This document shows, piece after piece, positions 60,556 to 64,000 of a stretch of DNA of 64,000 nt. The stretch is from Daphnia carinata. Lineage: Eukaryota. The stretch is from the NCBI RefSeq assembly GCF_022539665.2, contig NC_081333.1, positions 8,990,001 through 9,054,000 on the forward strand, in the 5' to 3' direction. The notes under the pieces are model-generated. The model ran no database searches. It saw only the letters and a program-made list of their open reading frames with translations, and had not been told where the DNA came from. The translations under genes and the position numbers were made by a program. Position 1 is the first letter of the stretch. Each line of letters opens with the position of its first letter.

Positions 60556-62580
60556 TTAATAATTTTCTGGATGAATCCCCGAATCTCGTGAGGAAGACCG
60601 TTGGCGATGGTTGCGTGAGGCCGGAGAACGAGGACGGTTCCTACCATCATTGCGTCTGTCACGGGGTCGTTCCGGTGACCTATCGCGTGAACGACGCCTC
60701 TCTCTCCGTCGGTCTCTTTCCCTTTCTCTTTCGCGTTCTCTTTCACGATCTTCTCTCTCACGCTCACGCTGGCGTTCCCTCTGTTTCTCTCTGTCTTCAG
60801 TTACAGGCTGAACGTGACGTTGACGGCGTCTCTCTTCCACTTTTACCTAGTTACATTCATCTTGAACATATTTCACGATCAACGGAATAGTTATTAGGAA
60901 ACTACCTGAAGTTCGGCCAACTTCTCACGGATTTTAATAAAGCCGAGATGAAGCTTGCCACCAAAGTGATCTGCCAGACGACGGTCGTTGTCATGGATGC
61001 CAAGATAGGCCGAACAAACTTCGCAGACACGTAGTTTCTGTTGCTGATAGGAAGAGGCTGGCATAGCATTCCGGTATTCTTGCTCAGCTGCGGCCTTCTT
61101 CTTCCGAAACTCCTCGACCTTCGATGGATTAAGATAAAACTCGTCCAGAAAAAAGAAACGAAAGTAGCCGTAAACTATACCTCTTCCATCATTTTCATCG
61201 ATTCATCAACAAATCCTTCCGCACCCAACTGCTCCGCCTTCGCCAATTTCTGACCAATCTGTTCTGCTAAAAGATGAACCTAAGTGCCAAAAGTTACGTT
61301 ATCAGTTTCTGCAAAGGGTTCCGTAGAGGATGTGAGAAAAACCTTTTGCGCTTTGGCGGCCACTTCAGCCGACAATTCTTCTTGGGTCTCAGCCAATCGC
61401 TTTTTGGCTGCTTCCGTCTTCCGGTCACATTCACCGACAAATGTGGTCAAATGATCCATCGCCTTTACAAGAAAATCAATTTTCAGTACATCACAATGAA
61501 GCAGTATGATGAAAAGAAACAAGAATTGAAAACAATTTTATCTTACATCAACTTGATAGCCGTAGTCCTTGGATTCGCTGGCTTTTTCGTAGTCCGCTCG
61601 AAGAGCTAAATCGTGGATGTTGGCGCATTCTCCGATATCCATCCGCTAAGAATCGTAAGGTAGAAAATACGAATAGAGACCACGAATTCACGAAGTTGGT
61701 TGACGACAGAAATGTGTCAACCAGGCAACAAAAAAGATAGCCGTTGTAAATGAAGAGGAGTCGTGGTTTCACACTTACCCAACAGCCCTTTCTCACTGTG
61801 TTGGCTCAGCATGGACACTGTAGCCATACTTTGTTGATTAACCAACAGTGTACTTTGTTTACTAGGGACAGGAATTCTAGCCACTGCTTTTTTGTTGATT
61901 AAAAGTAGCTGTTGGATTGTTCTTAAAAGGTACAAAGGAGGTTGGCAACGCACCACTGCCATTAAGTCTTACTTACGGCCACTTGAGGTGTAATGTGGTA
62001 CTGAGAAAGCGTAGAGTAATCTGTTGCCCCATTATAACATCACTGCACCACGCAAAAACATAGAAATATCAGTTAAGAAGTCAGGTCCCCTGGTTTAATG
62101 GACCCCTGTGTCTCGAGAAACTAACTCACTGATCTTGCTTCAACAATGAAGTTCAGAGTAGGAACAACAACTGAGAATAGGAACTACTGTACCTCATTTC
62201 AGTTATTTGATACACAAATTTGCAAAGCAAGATCAGAGAGGAGTTTACTTTTCAGGCACAATATTTACAAGCAATACAACCAAGGAGTTGTTTTTTTTTC
62301 TTTCTCAAAATAGTGGGTTTTAGGGTTCTAGAGACATTATCTCATTAAATACTTACAGTTGAGGCCAAGATTTCATGAGGGCAGCATCCCAGCAAAAAAC
62401 TCTTGCAGACCTTAGGATCGGTGAACTTGACGTTGTATCGAGAACTCTCGCCTATTTAATTAAAAACATGGGTAAATTGAAAAACGAAATCTTGTTTTAA
62501 AACGTTTACTGTTAGTTACCATCCCTCGTCGTTCCCATTAATTGGTCTAACATAGCTCTCATCTGGTCTTTGGCAGACAT
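60556..62580 (-). CDS. LUC7L: LUC7-like U1 snRNP-associated splicing factor (LUC7L/LUC7L2 type)
   Basis: MSAKDQMRAMLDQLMGTTRDG; ZnF1 VCKSFLLGCCPHEILAST|RMDIGECANIHDLALRADYE; ZnF2 QQQKLRVCEVCSAYLGIHDNDRRLADHFGGKLHLGF; C-terminal RE/RS-rich tail ending at 60556. Confidence 0.95.
61779..61921 (-). other. Candidate poison (PTC) cassette exon in LUC7 intron 2
   Basis: ttttaag|AACAATCC...GTTGG|gtaagt; in-frame TAG at 61879-61877. Confidence 0.6.
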
Positions 62581-63091
62581 TCTGCTTTAAGATATTTTGA
62601 CTGGTCGATATTTTTAAAGTTATAAAGTAAACACTGTTTGTAGTCCAACTATTAAAAGTAGAAATCAAACTGAATAATGCACAATGCGCAAACTATATGC
62701 CCTGACAACTACAGACCCTCAGGCGACGCTACAGTATTTTCTTGTTTCTAAACAGTATCAGCTAACAGCAGTTCAACGCTGTCAAGTGGTAAGAAAAGCT
62801 TCTTCTTGCTCGCATATTACGGAAATACAAATTCACGCATCACGTGACCGTTTTATTATCCTATCAGGTATGCATTTTTATCAATAGGTGGCTTGGGTTT
62901 TGGCTCTCATTTCTGACTGTTTTTCTTTCTGAAAAGAACATCGGTTTTTTCGAGTTCGCCAGGACGTGGTTATCTGTGAAAGTCTCTCTTGAGTTCCTGA
63001 CGGTTGAATAATATTTACTGGACAGGCTGAGATCCAGTCTGTAACTTTATATTGCTCTGTAAAGGCGATATACTCTGAGGAACCGAATGTG

Positions 63092-63378
63092 ATGGTGGAA
63101 GAAGATTTTGAGCAAATCCTTCGTGAATGGAATTCGATTGCGGAAAACATACCTGGAGAGACTTTTGCAACGTTGATTAGTCGAACCAAGAATATTCTTA
63201 GCTGCTTTCAAGGTTAGTCAATCCATCACAAGTCGTAAATGGTTCTGTGAGTCGTATGGACAGGTTTCTAAATTAACAAGTGGGTATGTGTGGTTTTGTA
63301 GATGCAAAGGGGTTGCGGCAGTTCGTAGAAAGGCTATATAATTCGATAGCTTTCCCAGGGTTGGCGAATCTTCTCAAG
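63092..63378 (+). CDS. First coding exons of an unidentified gene, divergent from LUC7 and continuing beyond the window
   Basis: Exon 63092-63212 (ATG...CAAG|gttagt) joined to exon 63302-63378 (tgtag|AT...AAG|gtatgg) is in frame: MVEEDFEQILREWNSIAENIPGETFATLISRTKNILSCFQDAKGLRQFVERLYNSIAFPGLANLLK. An upstream 5'UTR-type intron lies at about 62868-62936. Confidence 0.6.
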
Positions 63379-64000
63379 GTATGGCAGTTTCAATTTGTTT
63401 ATCATATGCAATTTCAAGAATAAGCTCTTCTATATGTAACGAAAAATAAGAATTTTGGTCTTCCTCATACACACGTAATAGAGAAAACCGTACGTGGGAG
63501 CCAAAGAGGCCAGGCAAATAGCCAAAAAAAATGTAGTTCATTTCCTTCCGCCAGGAGGCAGGTGTTTTTCGACACCGAACCAGCCACGGTTTAATTTGCC
63601 GATATTTTAAAAGACATCAAGCTATAGTGTATGACATCACAGTGGACTTGTTTCAATGTTAAAAAACAGATTAGTATCACATAAAATACTTTTTTTTTGC
63701 CGACTTACTGATTGGCTTATTATTGTTTGTCATCAACTTTAGCTTCAGTCGCTGCAATTACAAATGCATGAGTATGGCCTGTCGAATCTAACTATTCATT
63801 TAAAGCACGATCCACTGAGATATCGTATCTTTTGCTGTAGCAGTGCTCTTCCGAACAATTTCCATGATTTATTTTTTTTTAAATCATAATTTTAATTTCT
63901 TTTAGAGTTTTCTGCCGTTTAGCGATAAATACCATTAGCCAAACTACTTCCTAACGTAGCACAATAAATATTTCATCCTTTATACCCTTTGACAGATAAC

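Overview
Eukaryotic, AT-rich, gene-dense genomic DNA with many short (about 55-80 nt) GT-AG introns. The architecture and protein sequences suggest an arthropod, probably a Daphnia-like crustacean (inference). I spliced exons by hand and recovered 11 protein-coding genes, mostly in head-to-head and tail-to-tail pairs: an ELAV/Hu RNA-binding protein (-, 3' end off-window), AP-1 mu1 adaptin (+), a histamine-gated chloride channel family subunit (+) preceded by about 14 kb without a recognisable gene, AGFG1/drongo (-), KANK (+), a p24-gamma/TMED (-), sarcosine dehydrogenase (+), a C6orf89/BRAP-like membrane protein (-), fascin/singed (+), LUC7-like (-), and the first exons of an unidentified gene (+). 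I found no CRISPR array, rRNA, tRNA or intact transposon. The most interesting signals are post-transcriptional: (i) a set of frame-symmetric cassette/micro-exons in the ELAV hinge, one resembling the fne/Rbp9 mini-exon; (ii) a PTC-containing poison exon, a 24-nt microexon and a long hairpin over a cryptic splice donor inside the single long LUC7 intron; (iii) a divergent HisCl subunit with His at M2 12'; (iv) a multivalent LC8-type motif array in KANK. Gene identities come from recalled family motifs, not database searches.
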